The notes beneath the pieces are model-generated. The model did not search any database and was not told the DNA's origin. It saw nothing but the letters and a program-made list of their open reading frames with translations. The translations under genes and the position numbers were made by a program. A DNA stretch of 64,000 nt from an uncultured bacterium (GTDB lineage Bacteria > Patescibacteriota > Patescibacteriia > Magasanikbacterales > GWA2-37-8), in the NCBI GenBank assembly GCA_937903605.1, contig CALCZC010000025.1:206618-270617 (forward strand), read 5' to 3'. Shown in pieces: positions 1 to 9,399 of this stretch. The stretch's first letter is position 1. Every line of letters starts with the position of its first letter.

Positions 1-272
1 CTAAACCAGACAGATGTTCTTTTAATCTCTTTTTTAAATTTGTAGTAAAACCAATATACCAACTTTTATCAATTTTATTTTCCAAAAGATATACAAATTG
101 CATATAATATATTAACATTAACATATTGTATCACAAAAAATAAGCCACGAAAAATGCTTTGCCTTTGGCAAATCATCTCGTGGCTAACGTAAACAAATAC
201 TTCGTATTTTACGTGGCTGCGCCACGTGATAAAACAAAGCACCCTGTTTAGGATGCTTTGTTTTATTTTACG

Positions 273-346
273 TGGTTCCGAGGCTTGGAATCGAACCAAG
301 ATAGACAGCTTCAAAGGCTGTTGTCCTACCTTTAGACGACCTCGGA
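273..346 (-). tRNA. tRNA-Gln (anticodon TTG); 3' CCA is genomically encoded
   Basis: Hand-folded cloverleaf on the reverse complement: acceptor TCCGAGG/CCTCGGA, anticodon loop CTTTGAA, T-arm CTTGG-TTCGATT-CCAAG, then A-CCA. The track ORF 75..350 overlaps it and is spurious. Confidence 0.8.
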
Positions 347-352
347 TCAAAC

Positions 353-1261
353 CTATACTTTCAGTTGTTTTCTCATTGCCAAGCCGCTACTAACAAAGGT
401 TAACAACAACACACTGACAAATTGAATTCCAACTAGCCAAATAATATGCGAATTATAATAATTTGTCAAGGTAAAGCCGTTACTAAAAACTATGGATAAA
501 TAAGGGTCTAAAAATCTTAACCCCAAATAAATAAGCCCAAAAGTTATGGCTACACTTAGTAAAGCAAAAACAAAAGCCTCCACAATATAAGGACCACGGA
601 TAAACCAAGTAGACGCACCAACCAATCTCTTGATGGAAATTTCTATTCTTTGAGTATAGATAGCCACCCTGACGGTATTAAAAATAATCAAAAAAGAAAT
701 AATGGCAAAAAGCGCCGCCAGACCGAAACCGACTCTTTCAATACGATTGGTTATATTTTGTAATTTTTCTATCCCCTCTTCATTACCTTCAAAACTTTTT
801 GTTTCAATCAAAGCATCATATTCCGGAACATCAACCGCTTGTAATACTTTTTTATAATCTTCCGGTTCTCGAGTTTTGATAATTAAAGTTGGTCCAAAAG
901 GATTTTCATTTAATTCTTCCAAAGCTGATAAAACTTCTTTACTCATTTGGTGACGGATTTTAAAAGATTCCAAAACCTCCTGTCTATTAACAAGCGTCAT
1001 CTCTGTAATCTCAGGTAAAATACTCAGGTATTTTTTAATTTCGGTCAAATTATCATCGGTAGCTTCCGCTTTAAAATAAAGTGAAATATTTATCTGTTCT
1101 TTGACAATACTGGTAGCCTGTTGGGTTAAAATATCCACACTCCATAAAATATTCACCGATAGAAGCATTAAAATCAAAATAAAAACGGTCATCGAAGAAA
1201 GTCCGAAATTTCTCCCTAAATCTTGAAAAGCATATTTAGTTACTCTATAAATTGATCTCAT
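353..1261 (-). CDS. ftsX: cell division ABC transporter permease FtsX
   Basis: 302 aa; N-terminal TM, periplasmic domain and C-terminal 3-TM FtsX fold; immediately downstream of ftsE. Confidence 0.8.
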   Translation of the reverse strand: MRSIYRVTKYAFQDLGRNFGLSSMTVFILILMLLSVNILWSVDILTQQATSIVKEQINISLYFKAEATDDNLTEIKKYLSILPEITEMTLVNRQEVLESFKIRHQMSKEVLSALEELNENPFGPTLIIKTREPEDYKKVLQAVDVPEYDALIETKSFEGNEEGIEKLQNITNRIERVGFGLAALFAIISFLIIFNTVRVAIYTQRIEISIKRLVGASTWFIRGPYIVEAFVFALLSVAITFGLIYLGLRFLDPYLSIVFSNGFTLTNYYNSHIIWLVGIQFVSVLLLTFVSSGLAMRKQLKV

Positions 1262-1263
1262 AT

Positions 1264-1944
1264 TTATAAACGATATTTACCTGTTATTTCATCACTAACT
1301 ATTTCTCCACCACGTAAAGTAATCACGCGACGACGAAGTTCGTTAACTATCTCACGATTGTGCGTAGCCAATAAAATAGTAGTTCCAAATTCATTGATTT
1401 TTTTCAAAATTTCAATAATTTCCACAGTATTAAGAGAATCGAGATTACCTGTAGGTTCGTCGGCAATGATTATTTTTGGTCGATGTACCAGAGACCTTGC
1501 TATTGCCACTCTCTGTTGTTCTCCGCCTGAAAGTTGTCGCGGATAACGATTCATTTTATTTCCCAAACCAACTATATCCAAAACTTGCGGCACGATTTTT
1601 TCAATATGAGTGCTTTTTTCACCCGCTACTTCCAAAGCAAACGAAACATTTTCATAAACGGTTTTTTTGGGTAAAAGTTTAAAATCTTGAAAAATAACTC
1701 CTATTTGACGACGTAAGTAGGGTATTTCACCGGCGGGAATTTTGGTAATATCCCAATCACCAATAACAATCTTGCCTTTAGTAGGTTTCTCTTCGGCTAT
1801 TAAAAGACGAACCAAGGTGGTTTTACCAGTCCCACTTTGACCGACAATAGAAACAAATTCACCGGCTTTAATATGCAGATTAATATCACGTAAACCGACA
1901 GATTCGGTACTATAAATTTTAGTAACTCCTTCGAGTTTGATCAT
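1264..1944 (-). CDS. ftsE: cell division ATP-binding protein FtsE
   Basis: Walker [13 protein letters not shown] signature [15 protein letters not shown], Walker [12 protein letters not shown]; paired with ftsX. Confidence 0.85.
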   Translation of the reverse strand: MIKLEGVTKIYSTESVGLRDINLHIKAGEFVSIVGQSGTGKTTLVRLLIAEEKPTKGKIVIGDWDITKIPAGEIPYLRRQIGVIFQDFKLLPKKTVYENVSFALEVAGEKSTHIEKIVPQVLDIVGLGNKMNRYPRQLSGGEQQRVAIARSLVHRPKIIIADEPTGNLDSLNTVEIIEILKKINEFGTTILLATHNREIVNELRRRVITLRGGEIVSDEITGKYRL

Positions 1945-1982
1945 AAATTAAAATTTCGTTTATAGTGAATATATTATAACAT

Positions 1983-2014
1983 AAAAAAAACAAACGGGCT
2001 AACTCCGTTTGTTG
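1983..2014 (-). terminator. intrinsic terminator downstream of the tRNA-Thr/tRNA-Gly pair
   Basis: On the minus strand: hairpin CAAACGGAGTTAGCCCGTTTG followed by T8. Confidence 0.55.
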
Positions 2015-2036
2015 TGGACAATTTTAATAAATTTGA

Positions 2037-2108
2037 GCCATCTCGGGGATTCGAACCCCGGACCTACGGTTTACGATACCGTTGCTCTACCAGCTGAGCT
2101 AAGGTGGC
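2037..2108 (-). tRNA. tRNA-Thr (anticodon CGT)
   Basis: Reverse complement GCCACCTTAGCTCAGCTGGTAGAGCAACGGTATCGTAAACCGTAGGTCCGGGGTTCGAATCCCCGAGATGGC; anticodon loop ATCGTAA; no encoded CCA. Confidence 0.8.
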
Positions 2109-2113
2109 AATTT

Positions 2114-2186
2114 TGAGCGGGATACCGGAGTCGAACCGGCCTCTTATCCTTGGGAAGGACACATACTACCGATGTACTAATCCCGC
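2114..2186 (-). tRNA. tRNA-Gly (anticodon CCC)
   Basis: Reverse complement GCGGGATTAGTACATCGGTAGTATGTGTCCTTCCCAAGGATAAGAGGCCGGTTCGACTCCGGTATCCCGCT; perfect 7-bp acceptor, anticodon loop TTCCCAA; no encoded CCA. Confidence 0.75.
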
Positions 2187-2189
2187 AAC

Positions 2190-2222
2190 AAACCCCGCCC
2201 CTTTTATTGGGGCGGGGGGAAA
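2190..2222. terminator. GC hairpin terminator (CCCCGCCCC-TTTTATT-GGGGCGGGG) after the PPIase gene
   Basis: Perfect 9-bp GC stem directly after the stop at 2224. Confidence 0.5.
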
Positions 2223-2223
2223 T

Positions 2224-3291
2224 TTATTCTGTAACAGTTGTTTCGCTGGCGCTCACTTCAAAAGGATTATGAATTTTGGAATAAAATCTTATTTCTGCGT
2301 TCTTTAGATAATCATCCATGTATTTTTCAAAGCTTGGTAAAAGAAATAAAATATGACTGGCTTTAACTTTTGGTTCGTTTACCCAAACACCGCTTTCATT
2401 TTTTACTCTTTCTGTTTTAGTATCATAAACTTTCACAATATGATAACCGAATTCTGTTTCTACCAAATCTTTTGCTAATTCACCTTTTTTCAAAGCAAAA
2501 ACCGCTTCTTCAAATTGTGGAATCATTTCTCCTTTTCCAAACCACCCCAAATCACCGCCTGTTTGTTTAGTACCATCTTCACCATGCAAAGCGGCCATTT
2601 CTGCAAAATCAGCACCATTTTTGATTTCTTCCAAAACTCCTTCGGCTTTTTGTCTGATTTGAAGTAATGCTTCTTTGTCGGTTTGAATAAGTTCATTAAC
2701 TTTATTCTGTAAAACAAAGGGTCTGATAACCTTGGCTTCATAAGCAGACATATTCCAACCATAACGCTTGATCAATTCTTTTTCCAATTCCGCTTCAGAA
2801 TCAAATTGCTGCAAAACCTCTTCTTTCAATTTTGCAATATCTTCCTTTTCCACTTTTACCCCGAGTTTATCAGCCACTTGAGCAACCATCTTATTATTTA
2901 CTAAACGCCAAATAACCTGGTCCGACATCTGATCTGCAGTTAATTCATAAACCGCACCTTCATTGTTTGTTTCTTCATAGGTTTTCATGGTTTGAATAGC
3001 TTCCATATCATCTAGGTAGTCGACATAGGAAATTTTTTGCCCATTAACCGAGATTAAAGATAAATGCATAAACTTGGCAGAATAATAAGCAAACGTGTCG
3101 GTTGCTCCTGCACGCACTCGTATAAACCCAAAAATTCCAGCAATCACTATAGCGCCGATAATCAAAGCGCCAAAACCATATAAAAAAATCTGTTTATTTT
3201 TTGAAACTATGTTGTTATCTTGAACAACCGTTTCACCGGCTTCTTTTTTCTCCTCTACGGGTAAATTTTGTTTTTCGTTTGAATTTTCCAT
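2224..3291 (-). CDS. membrane-anchored parvulin-type peptidyl-prolyl cis-trans isomerase (PrsA/SurA/PpiD-like)
   Basis: N-terminal TM helix; C-terminal PpiC rotamase motif GGDLGWFGKGEMIPQFEEAVF...GYHIVKV. Confidence 0.7.
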   Translation of the reverse strand: MENSNEKQNLPVEEKKEAGETVVQDNNIVSKNKQIFLYGFGALIIGAIVIAGIFGFIRVRAGATDTFAYYSAKFMHLSLISVNGQKISYVDYLDDMEAIQTMKTYEETNNEGAVYELTADQMSDQVIWRLVNNKMVAQVADKLGVKVEKEDIAKLKEEVLQQFDSEAELEKELIKRYGWNMSAYEAKVIRPFVLQNKVNELIQTDKEALLQIRQKAEGVLEEIKNGADFAEMAALHGEDGTKQTGGDLGWFGKGEMIPQFEEAVFALKKGELAKDLVETEFGYHIVKVYDTKTERVKNESGVWVNEPKVKASHILFLLPSFEKYMDDYLKNAEIRFYSKIHNPFEVSASETTVTE

Positions 3292-3313
3292 AAATTATAT
3301 ATTAGAAAATTAA

Positions 3314-3703
3314 TTATTTTTTAAAAAAATAGTCCCACCATTTTTTATAATTTGGCAAATCAGATTTTAACATATTATCCTTTGTTTGTCCACCGGTTTC
3401 TTCATTCAAGCCTTTTACTACCGCTACTTGCTCACCGGGTTTTACCAGATTCATTTCTAAACGAGCTCTTTTTTCTAAAAACTCATCCGATTTGAAATAT
3501 GCCAACAATTCAAAAGATTTAAACTTTTTTTCCTCCAAAACAGCCGCTTCCTTTTTTAAACGATCAATTTCTTTTTTAACTTGATAGTCTTGGTAATAGG
3601 AACGTACAAAAGCGACAGAAAAAATAAAAAAAATACCTATCATCAAAAAAAGAAACCAGTAGGAATAGAAAAATCTTTTTATTTTTTTACCGCTTGCAGA
3701 CAT
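3314..3703 (-). CDS. ftsB: septum formation initiator family protein (FtsB/DivIC-like)
   Basis: 129 aa; single TM then coiled coil; C-terminal LEMNLVKPGEQVAVV matches the FtsB/DivIC signature. Confidence 0.6.
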   Translation of the reverse strand: MSASGKKIKRFFYSYWFLFLMIGIFFIFSVAFVRSYYQDYQVKKEIDRLKKEAAVLEEKKFKSFELLAYFKSDEFLEKRARLEMNLVKPGEQVAVVKGLNEETGGQTKDNMLKSDLPNYKKWWDYFFKK

Positions 3704-3712
3704 AAATAAATT

Positions 3713-4339
3713 TTATTTTTTTCGTTTGATAATATTTTCCTCTATACATTCTTTTATCTCTTTTAAATCTTGGGTCTCAATAAGTGGTACATTATTGATA
3801 AACATATCTATAATTTCATCTATATCCAAATCTTTTTCTTTTAACCAAAAATCATTTTTTAATCTATTAACCAAATGAAATATTTTTTCCGGAGAAGATA
3901 TCTTGTTTAAGCGCAAAAGCTCTTGACGTTGATTATTTTCCAACGACAAATCTCCGTAATTAAAAATTTTGGCCAAGAATCCTTTTTTAAAATATAAAAT
4001 ATTTTGAATTTCGTAAAGATTGACTTCCAGTATCGCTTCATTAAAAAAACCTTCACCTTTGAAATCAATCACCCTTTTATCAGTCAAAACACTAAAATTT
4101 TTAGTTCGCTTCATCAGTGTTTTTGAAAACAACAAAACCCCAATTAAAATTGAACACCCGAAAGCAAACAAACCATATTTACCTTGAGCAAACAACCAAA
4201 AAGCAAAGTATGACGGTATCAAAATAAACAGCAAACCCAAAATCATCAACCACATATCGTTGAACAAACTTTTATGAATAACAGCCAAAATATTTTCGTC
4301 TTTTTCTAAATTTATTTTTTTTTCCAAAGACATAAACAA
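3713..4339 (-). CDS. membrane protein with bacterial PH (bPH_2/YdbS-like) domain
   Basis: Two N-terminal TM helices followed by a bPH-like segment (DKRVIDFKGEGFF...). Confidence 0.4.
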   Translation of the reverse strand: MFMSLEKKINLEKDENILAVIHKSLFNDMWLMILGLLFILIPSYFAFWLFAQGKYGLFAFGCSILIGVLLFSKTLMKRTKNFSVLTDKRVIDFKGEGFFNEAILEVNLYEIQNILYFKKGFLAKIFNYGDLSLENNQRQELLRLNKISSPEKIFHLVNRLKNDFWLKEKDLDIDEIIDMFINNVPLIETQDLKEIKECIEENIIKRKK

Positions 4340-4356
4340 GGGTTGTTTGCTATATA

Positions 4357-5652
4357 TTATAAAGTTTTCAAAATTTTTCGCGCCACTTCTCTATCGTCCC
4401 AAGGAATTTTCTTTCCGCTTCCAACCACAATACAAGGTTCAGTACCTTTAGCAGTTATCGCTACAGCATCCCCCGCTTTAGCTAAACTTAAAGCTTTTTT
4501 AATTGCCTGTTCTCTATCAATTATAACAAACAGGTTTTCTTCGTCTTTTTTACCAAATTTACGCACACCGACTGCCAACATTTCCGCGATACTTTTTGGA
4601 TCTTCATCAAAACAATTTACATCAGTAACTATCACATAATCGCAGAGTTGACCGGCGATTTCTCCCATTTTTTCCCTTTTAGTTTTATCTCTACCACCGC
4701 CATCACTACCAATAATCGCGATGATTTTTTTATCTCTTACCAAATTACGTAGAGTTTCAAACAAAGAGGTCAAACTCATACTTTCATGAGCGTAATCAAC
4801 TACCACGTTAAAATTTTGCCCTTCGTTTATAAATTCCATTCGTCCCTCTACTTTTTTTACTCCGGCAATTCCTAAACCTATTTTTTCCAATGGCAGTGAA
4901 AATATTTTACCGATCGCAATTGCCGGCAAAGCATTGTAAACATTGAAAGCTCCGGCCAGATTTAGGTTAAATAAAAAATTGTCAACTTGAAACTCGGTTT
5001 TTTGACCTTCTGCTTTCAAAATTCTGACACCCAGAAAATGTTCTTTTTTCACCAGATACTGATCTCTTTGACCGAAGGCTATTTTTTTATCAGCTTGGAA
5101 CTGTAAAAAATATCCGGCATTTTCATCGTCAGTGTTGGCGATAATTACTTTTTCTACTTTTTTGCCGTCAATAATTTTTCTTTTGTCTTTATTTAAACCG
5201 GCAAAAATTTTTCCTTTATCTCTACGCAGGTTTTCAAAACCGCCATGACGTTCTTGATGTTCAGTACCCAAATTAGTAAAAACGCAAATATCATAATGCA
5301 AACCGAAATGACGAAATTGCAAAATACCCTCAGACGATGTTTCTATCACCGCATATTTACAACCGTTTTTCAACATTTGTGCCATCATTTTATGAATTTC
5401 ACCACGACCAAGCATGGTCATCTTCTTATCATTTAAATAGCGATTACCGCCATCTTGAAACTCAACTGTGGACATCAACCCGACTTTGACACCGGTTTGC
5501 TCCAGTACCGAAGTAATAAAACGGCAAGTGGTGGATTTGCCTTTGGTGCCGGTAACTCCGATAACAATCATTTTTTTTGCCGGACGACCGTAATACCAAT
5601 AAAAAAAGACTGAAACCAAATAATGATAAAATTTCTTTAAAAAACTTAACAT
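4357..5652 (-). CDS. Mur ligase family protein (MurE-like central and C-terminal domains, lacks the canonical N-terminal domain)
   Basis: P-loop GVTGTKGKSTT only ~30 aa from the N-terminus; ETSSEGILQFR...FTNLGTEHQERHG and DYAHES motifs typical of Mur ligases. Confidence 0.6.
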   Translation of the reverse strand: MLSFLKKFYHYLVSVFFYWYYGRPAKKMIVIGVTGTKGKSTTCRFITSVLEQTGVKVGLMSTVEFQDGGNRYLNDKKMTMLGRGEIHKMMAQMLKNGCKYAVIETSSEGILQFRHFGLHYDICVFTNLGTEHQERHGGFENLRRDKGKIFAGLNKDKRKIIDGKKVEKVIIANTDDENAGYFLQFQADKKIAFGQRDQYLVKKEHFLGVRILKAEGQKTEFQVDNFLFNLNLAGAFNVYNALPAIAIGKIFSLPLEKIGLGIAGVKKVEGRMEFINEGQNFNVVVDYAHESMSLTSLFETLRNLVRDKKIIAIIGSDGGGRDKTKREKMGEIAGQLCDYVIVTDVNCFDEDPKSIAEMLAVGVRKFGKKDEENLFVIIDREQAIKKALSLAKAGDAVAITAKGTEPCIVVGSGKKIPWDDREVARKILKTL

Positions 5653-5654
5653 AA

Positions 5655-6230
5655 TTATTCAAATTTCAAACTAACTTCATAAACTACTTGTTGCAATTTA
5701 TTCAAAGCTTGTTTGGCCTGATCAAACTTTTGACGATTATAACCGGTTAAATTCATATCTACCAATTCATTGATTATTTCTTCTGTTGTTTTATAACAAC
5801 GCTTAACTTCGGAAATATTTCTTTCCGTTGCTGATTTTATGGCAAATCTCAATATTTCACCCGGCACATCGCATAATCCACCGATATAAATATCCGAATC
5901 TATTTTTAAATCTCTGATTCTGCTTATTTTTTTATCCTCTACAAAAGACAAAAAAAGTTCGGCTTCTACATATTCTTCCAAAGCTGCTTTAAAAGACCCT
6001 TCATCAAACAGATCAGCGGTGGTTTTGTACTTTTTACTTAGAGTTATAAGTATTTTTTTAGCTTCGTTTAAAGAATTTTTTGCTTCCTTTGTATTTCCTC
6101 CCTGGAGAGAAAAAATGGTTTTTTTAGCCAAAAATTGAGCATCACCGGCAAATTTTATGACATCTCGTCTCTTTTGTGCATAATTTAAAAGTTCTTTACG
6201 AACTGTTTGAAAAAAGCTTTTATCCAACAT
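5655..6230 (-). CDS. hypothetical protein, possibly translin family
   Basis: 191 aa, all-helical; YIGGLCDVPGEILRFA resembles the translin GGLxDxxGEL motif. Confidence 0.35.
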   Translation of the reverse strand: MLDKSFFQTVRKELLNYAQKRRDVIKFAGDAQFLAKKTIFSLQGGNTKEAKNSLNEAKKILITLSKKYKTTADLFDEGSFKAALEEYVEAELFLSFVEDKKISRIRDLKIDSDIYIGGLCDVPGEILRFAIKSATERNISEVKRCYKTTEEIINELVDMNLTGYNRQKFDQAKQALNKLQQVVYEVSLKFE

Positions 6231-6348
6231 ATAATATAAACAAAAATTAACTTATCCACTGTTTTTAAAATCAGGGACTTGATTTTTTTCTAAATTTAGT
6301 ATATCATAACGAGCGTTATTTTGTCTAATCCAAGCCAAGATAAAATAT

Positions 6349-6712
<364 letters not shown>

Positions 6713-6812
6713 CAAAACACATTATCTAAAATAAAAGATAGTGTTGTTTTTAGGAAAACAACAGGGTTAATAAGGATATATTAAAGTTCATTAAAAAAAA
6801 CTCGGAGGGAAC

Positions 6813-7052
6813 ATGTGCAATCTTAAGGTTGAAATTGCAAAGAAAGAGAAGAAGCTTCGCGGTCTCAGAAATGAGATTGCAAAAACAGGCAACAGTCTTT
6901 GCAACGCCACCAAAAAGCAAAATTTTAACATTGAGGAGATTCAGAAAATTACGGTTAAGCTTCATGACCTTACGGAAGAGGCCGATAATCTGGAAAGAGA
7001 GATTAATCTTTTGAAAAATCCTCAACAGGAACCCCAGCTTTCCCCCGCCTAA
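6813..7052 (+). CDS. small coiled-coil hypothetical protein
   Basis: 79 aa; GGAGGG RBS 5 nt upstream; an intrinsic terminator overlaps the stop codon. The antisense ORF 6750..7100 is rejected. Confidence 0.45.
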   Translation: MCNLKVEIAKKEKKLRGLRNEIAKTGNSLCNATKKQNFNIEEIQKITVKLHDLTEEADNLEREINLLKNPQQEPQLSPA

Positions 7053-7070
7053 CCAGGCGGGATTTTTTAT
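7042..7070 (+). terminator. intrinsic terminator CCCGCCT-AACC-AGGCGGG followed by T6
   Basis: Perfect 7-bp GC stem followed by a T-run. Confidence 0.7.
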
Positions 7071-7108
7071 TGCCAAATTTTGTTTTTTTGTTATAATCAA
7101 TCCAATGT

Positions 7109-8305
7109 ATGCAAATATCCTATCTTACTTTTGGCTGTAAACTTAATCAAGCGGAAACAGATTCCTTGCGCAGAGCTTTGGAAAATTTCGGTTATCAAAC
7201 CGTTGATTTTGATTCTGGAGAAAATGTTTGCATTATCCGCGCTTGTGCAGTTACGTGTGGCGCTTCTTCTACCACTCGCGAACACATTCGTCGTGCCAAA
7301 AGACAAGGTTCTCATGTGATTGTCGCCGGTTGTCTGGAAAACAAAGAACTGTCGGAGATTGATTTTGTCGGGCAAACCAACGAAATGATTATTGAGCATC
7401 TTTTGGAAAATTTTTATCCACAATCACAAGTTTCAAAATGCAGAACTTTATCAGTAGACAAAACTCGCGCTTTTGTAAAAATTCAAACTGGATGTAATTT
7501 TCAGTGTGCTTATTGTATTATTCCCTCTTTTCGAGGAAAATCTATAAGCCGCAAAACTGAAGAAATTATCACCGAATTAAAAATGTTGGAAAAACAGGGT
7601 TACAAAGAAGCGGTTTTAACCGGTGTAAATATTTGCCAATACCAGGACGGACCGGATAAATTGGCCGATTTATTGGCAGAGATTTTAAAAAAAACCAAAA
7701 TTCCGCGTTTTCGCTTGGGATCGCTTGATCCCCGCCTTATCGATGATAAGCTGATAAAAATTTATAAAAACCCTCGCCTACTTCCTCATTGGCATTTATC
7801 ACTACAGTCTGGTTCTGATAATGTTTTAAATTTGATGAGACGCGGTTATGGCACTGCTACTTATAAAAAAATTGTAGATAAAGTCAGAACTTTTTATCCT
7901 GATTTTTCCTTTACCACTGACATTATTGTCGGCTTTCCCGGGGAAACAGAAAATGATTTTCAAGAAACTTTGGACTTTGTAAAAAAGATTCAATTTACCA
8001 AAGTTCATATTTTCCCGTTTTCTCCCCGACCCAATACTCCGGCCAAAGATATGAAACCGGCGGTACAAGATAAAATTAAAACCGAGAGAGTAAAAATTTT
8101 AACCGACCAAACTTACAAAACAGCTCAAAAATTTGCAAAAAATTTTTACGGTCAAAATAAAAAAGTTCTTTTTGAACAAAAAAAATCGGGCTACTGGTTT
8201 GGTTACTCGCCCGAATATTTTAAAATAAAAATAAAAGCTAACAAAAATTTACACAATAAAATAATTACTGTCAAACTTTCCGAAAAAAATCTTATTATCG
8301 AATAG
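7109..8305 (+). CDS. radical-SAM tRNA methylthiotransferase, MtaB/MiaB family
   Basis: N-terminal TFGCKLNQAETDS (MTTase domain), radical-SAM CNFQCAYC, short TRAM-like C-terminus. Confidence 0.75.
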   Translation: MQISYLTFGCKLNQAETDSLRRALENFGYQTVDFDSGENVCIIRACAVTCGASSTTREHIRRAKRQGSHVIVAGCLENKELSEIDFVGQTNEMIIEHLLENFYPQSQVSKCRTLSVDKTRAFVKIQTGCNFQCAYCIIPSFRGKSISRKTEEIITELKMLEKQGYKEAVLTGVNICQYQDGPDKLADLLAEILKKTKIPRFRLGSLDPRLIDDKLIKIYKNPRLLPHWHLSLQSGSDNVLNLMRRGYGTATYKKIVDKVRTFYPDFSFTTDIIVGFPGETENDFQETLDFVKKIQFTKVHIFPFSPRPNTPAKDMKPAVQDKIKTERVKILTDQTYKTAQKFAKNFYGQNKKVLFEQKKSGYWFGYSPEYFKIKIKANKNLHNKIITVKLSEKNLIIE

Positions 8306-9374
8306 CAGCTACTTCGTTAATCAAACTGATTATTTTTTCTTTCTTGGTAATTGGCAAAACCGCATGCAAGCGTTCACCTAAATTTTGACGCTTGTTTTTA
8401 TTTTCAAGCAATTCTTGAGCGGTTTTACCGAGTTTCAAACCATTATCCCAAATTTCATTCATCAATATTACGGCATTTTTTTGCGCCAAATATAGCGCGT
8501 TTTCCAATTGATGAGAATCTGAAATTGGCAATAAAATAGCCGGCTTTTTTAATAACGCCAATTCTGTAATAGTTCCAAAACCCGCACGACACACTACTAG
8601 ATCCGCGGCCGCATAAGCATATTTCATCTCTTCATCAAAAAATTTATACATCTTATAATTAGGAAAAAATTTAACCGCTTTTTCCGCCATATCGGAAGGG
8701 CGTTCCTTGCCAACCAGATGGATAATATGCCAAGTTTTGGGCCAATGATTCATAGCTTCCAAAATCATTTTATTTACTTTAAAAGATCCGGTACCTCCGC
8801 CTAATGCAAAAACGACCGGTTCATTGTCATTTATTCCCAATTTTCTTTTTGCTTCCGCAATATCATCAAATTTTAAGTCCCTGGCCGGATTACCTATCCA
8901 TTCGGATTTTATCATGGGGAAATATTGTAAACTTTCATTTATTGCCACAGTTACTTTGGTGGCCGCGTGACTCATCAATCTGTTAGCCAAACCCGGACGC
9001 ACATCCTGTTGGTGTACCCAAGCTGGAATTCCCAAAACTTTACCGGCAAAATGAACCGGCACACTCACAAAACCGCCAGCAGAAATCAAAATATCCGGTT
9101 TCTCTTTAATCAAAAAAAATAAAGAGTGTAAAAAAATAAACCCAAATTTAAATAGATCATGGATATTTTTGATTGAAAAATAACGTCGCCATTTGGCCGT
9201 AAAAATAGCACGATATTTTATGCCTCGCTTTTCAATAATTTCTCTTTCCGGGCCTTTTCGTGTTCCTACCCAGATAAATTCCGCGTCCGGATAAGCTTGT
9301 TTATAAGTTTCATACACTGCCAAAAGCGGTGTTACCGGCCCTAATGTTCCCCCACCGGATAAAACTATTTTCAT
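8295..9374 (-). CDS. murG: undecaprenyldiphospho-muramoylpentapeptide beta-N-acetylglucosaminyltransferase MurG (GT28)
   Basis: 359 aa; N-terminal IVLSGGGTLGPVTPLLAV and GT28 C-terminal domain. Confidence 0.8.
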   Translation of the reverse strand: MKIVLSGGGTLGPVTPLLAVYETYKQAYPDAEFIWVGTRKGPEREIIEKRGIKYRAIFTAKWRRYFSIKNIHDLFKFGFIFLHSLFFLIKEKPDILISAGGFVSVPVHFAGKVLGIPAWVHQQDVRPGLANRLMSHAATKVTVAINESLQYFPMIKSEWIGNPARDLKFDDIAEAKRKLGINDNEPVVFALGGGTGSFKVNKMILEAMNHWPKTWHIIHLVGKERPSDMAEKAVKFFPNYKMYKFFDEEMKYAYAAADLVVCRAGFGTITELALLKKPAILLPISDSHQLENALYLAQKNAVILMNEIWDNGLKLGKTAQELLENKNKRQNLGERLHAVLPITKKEKIISLINEVAAIR

Positions 9375-9399
9375 ACATTATTTATAAGTTCGTAGAAAT

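Noticed and set aside
75-350. Track ORF 75..350(-) as a gene
   Set aside because: It overlaps a well-formed tRNA-Gln and a hairpin-rich non-coding segment, and its translation has no recognisable features.
6750-7100. Track ORF 6750..7100(-) and the internal antisense ORFs within rpoD, dnaG, macB, atpA and others
   Set aside because: They are antisense to strongly supported genes or span a terminator and a convincing plus-strand ORF, and have low-complexity translations.
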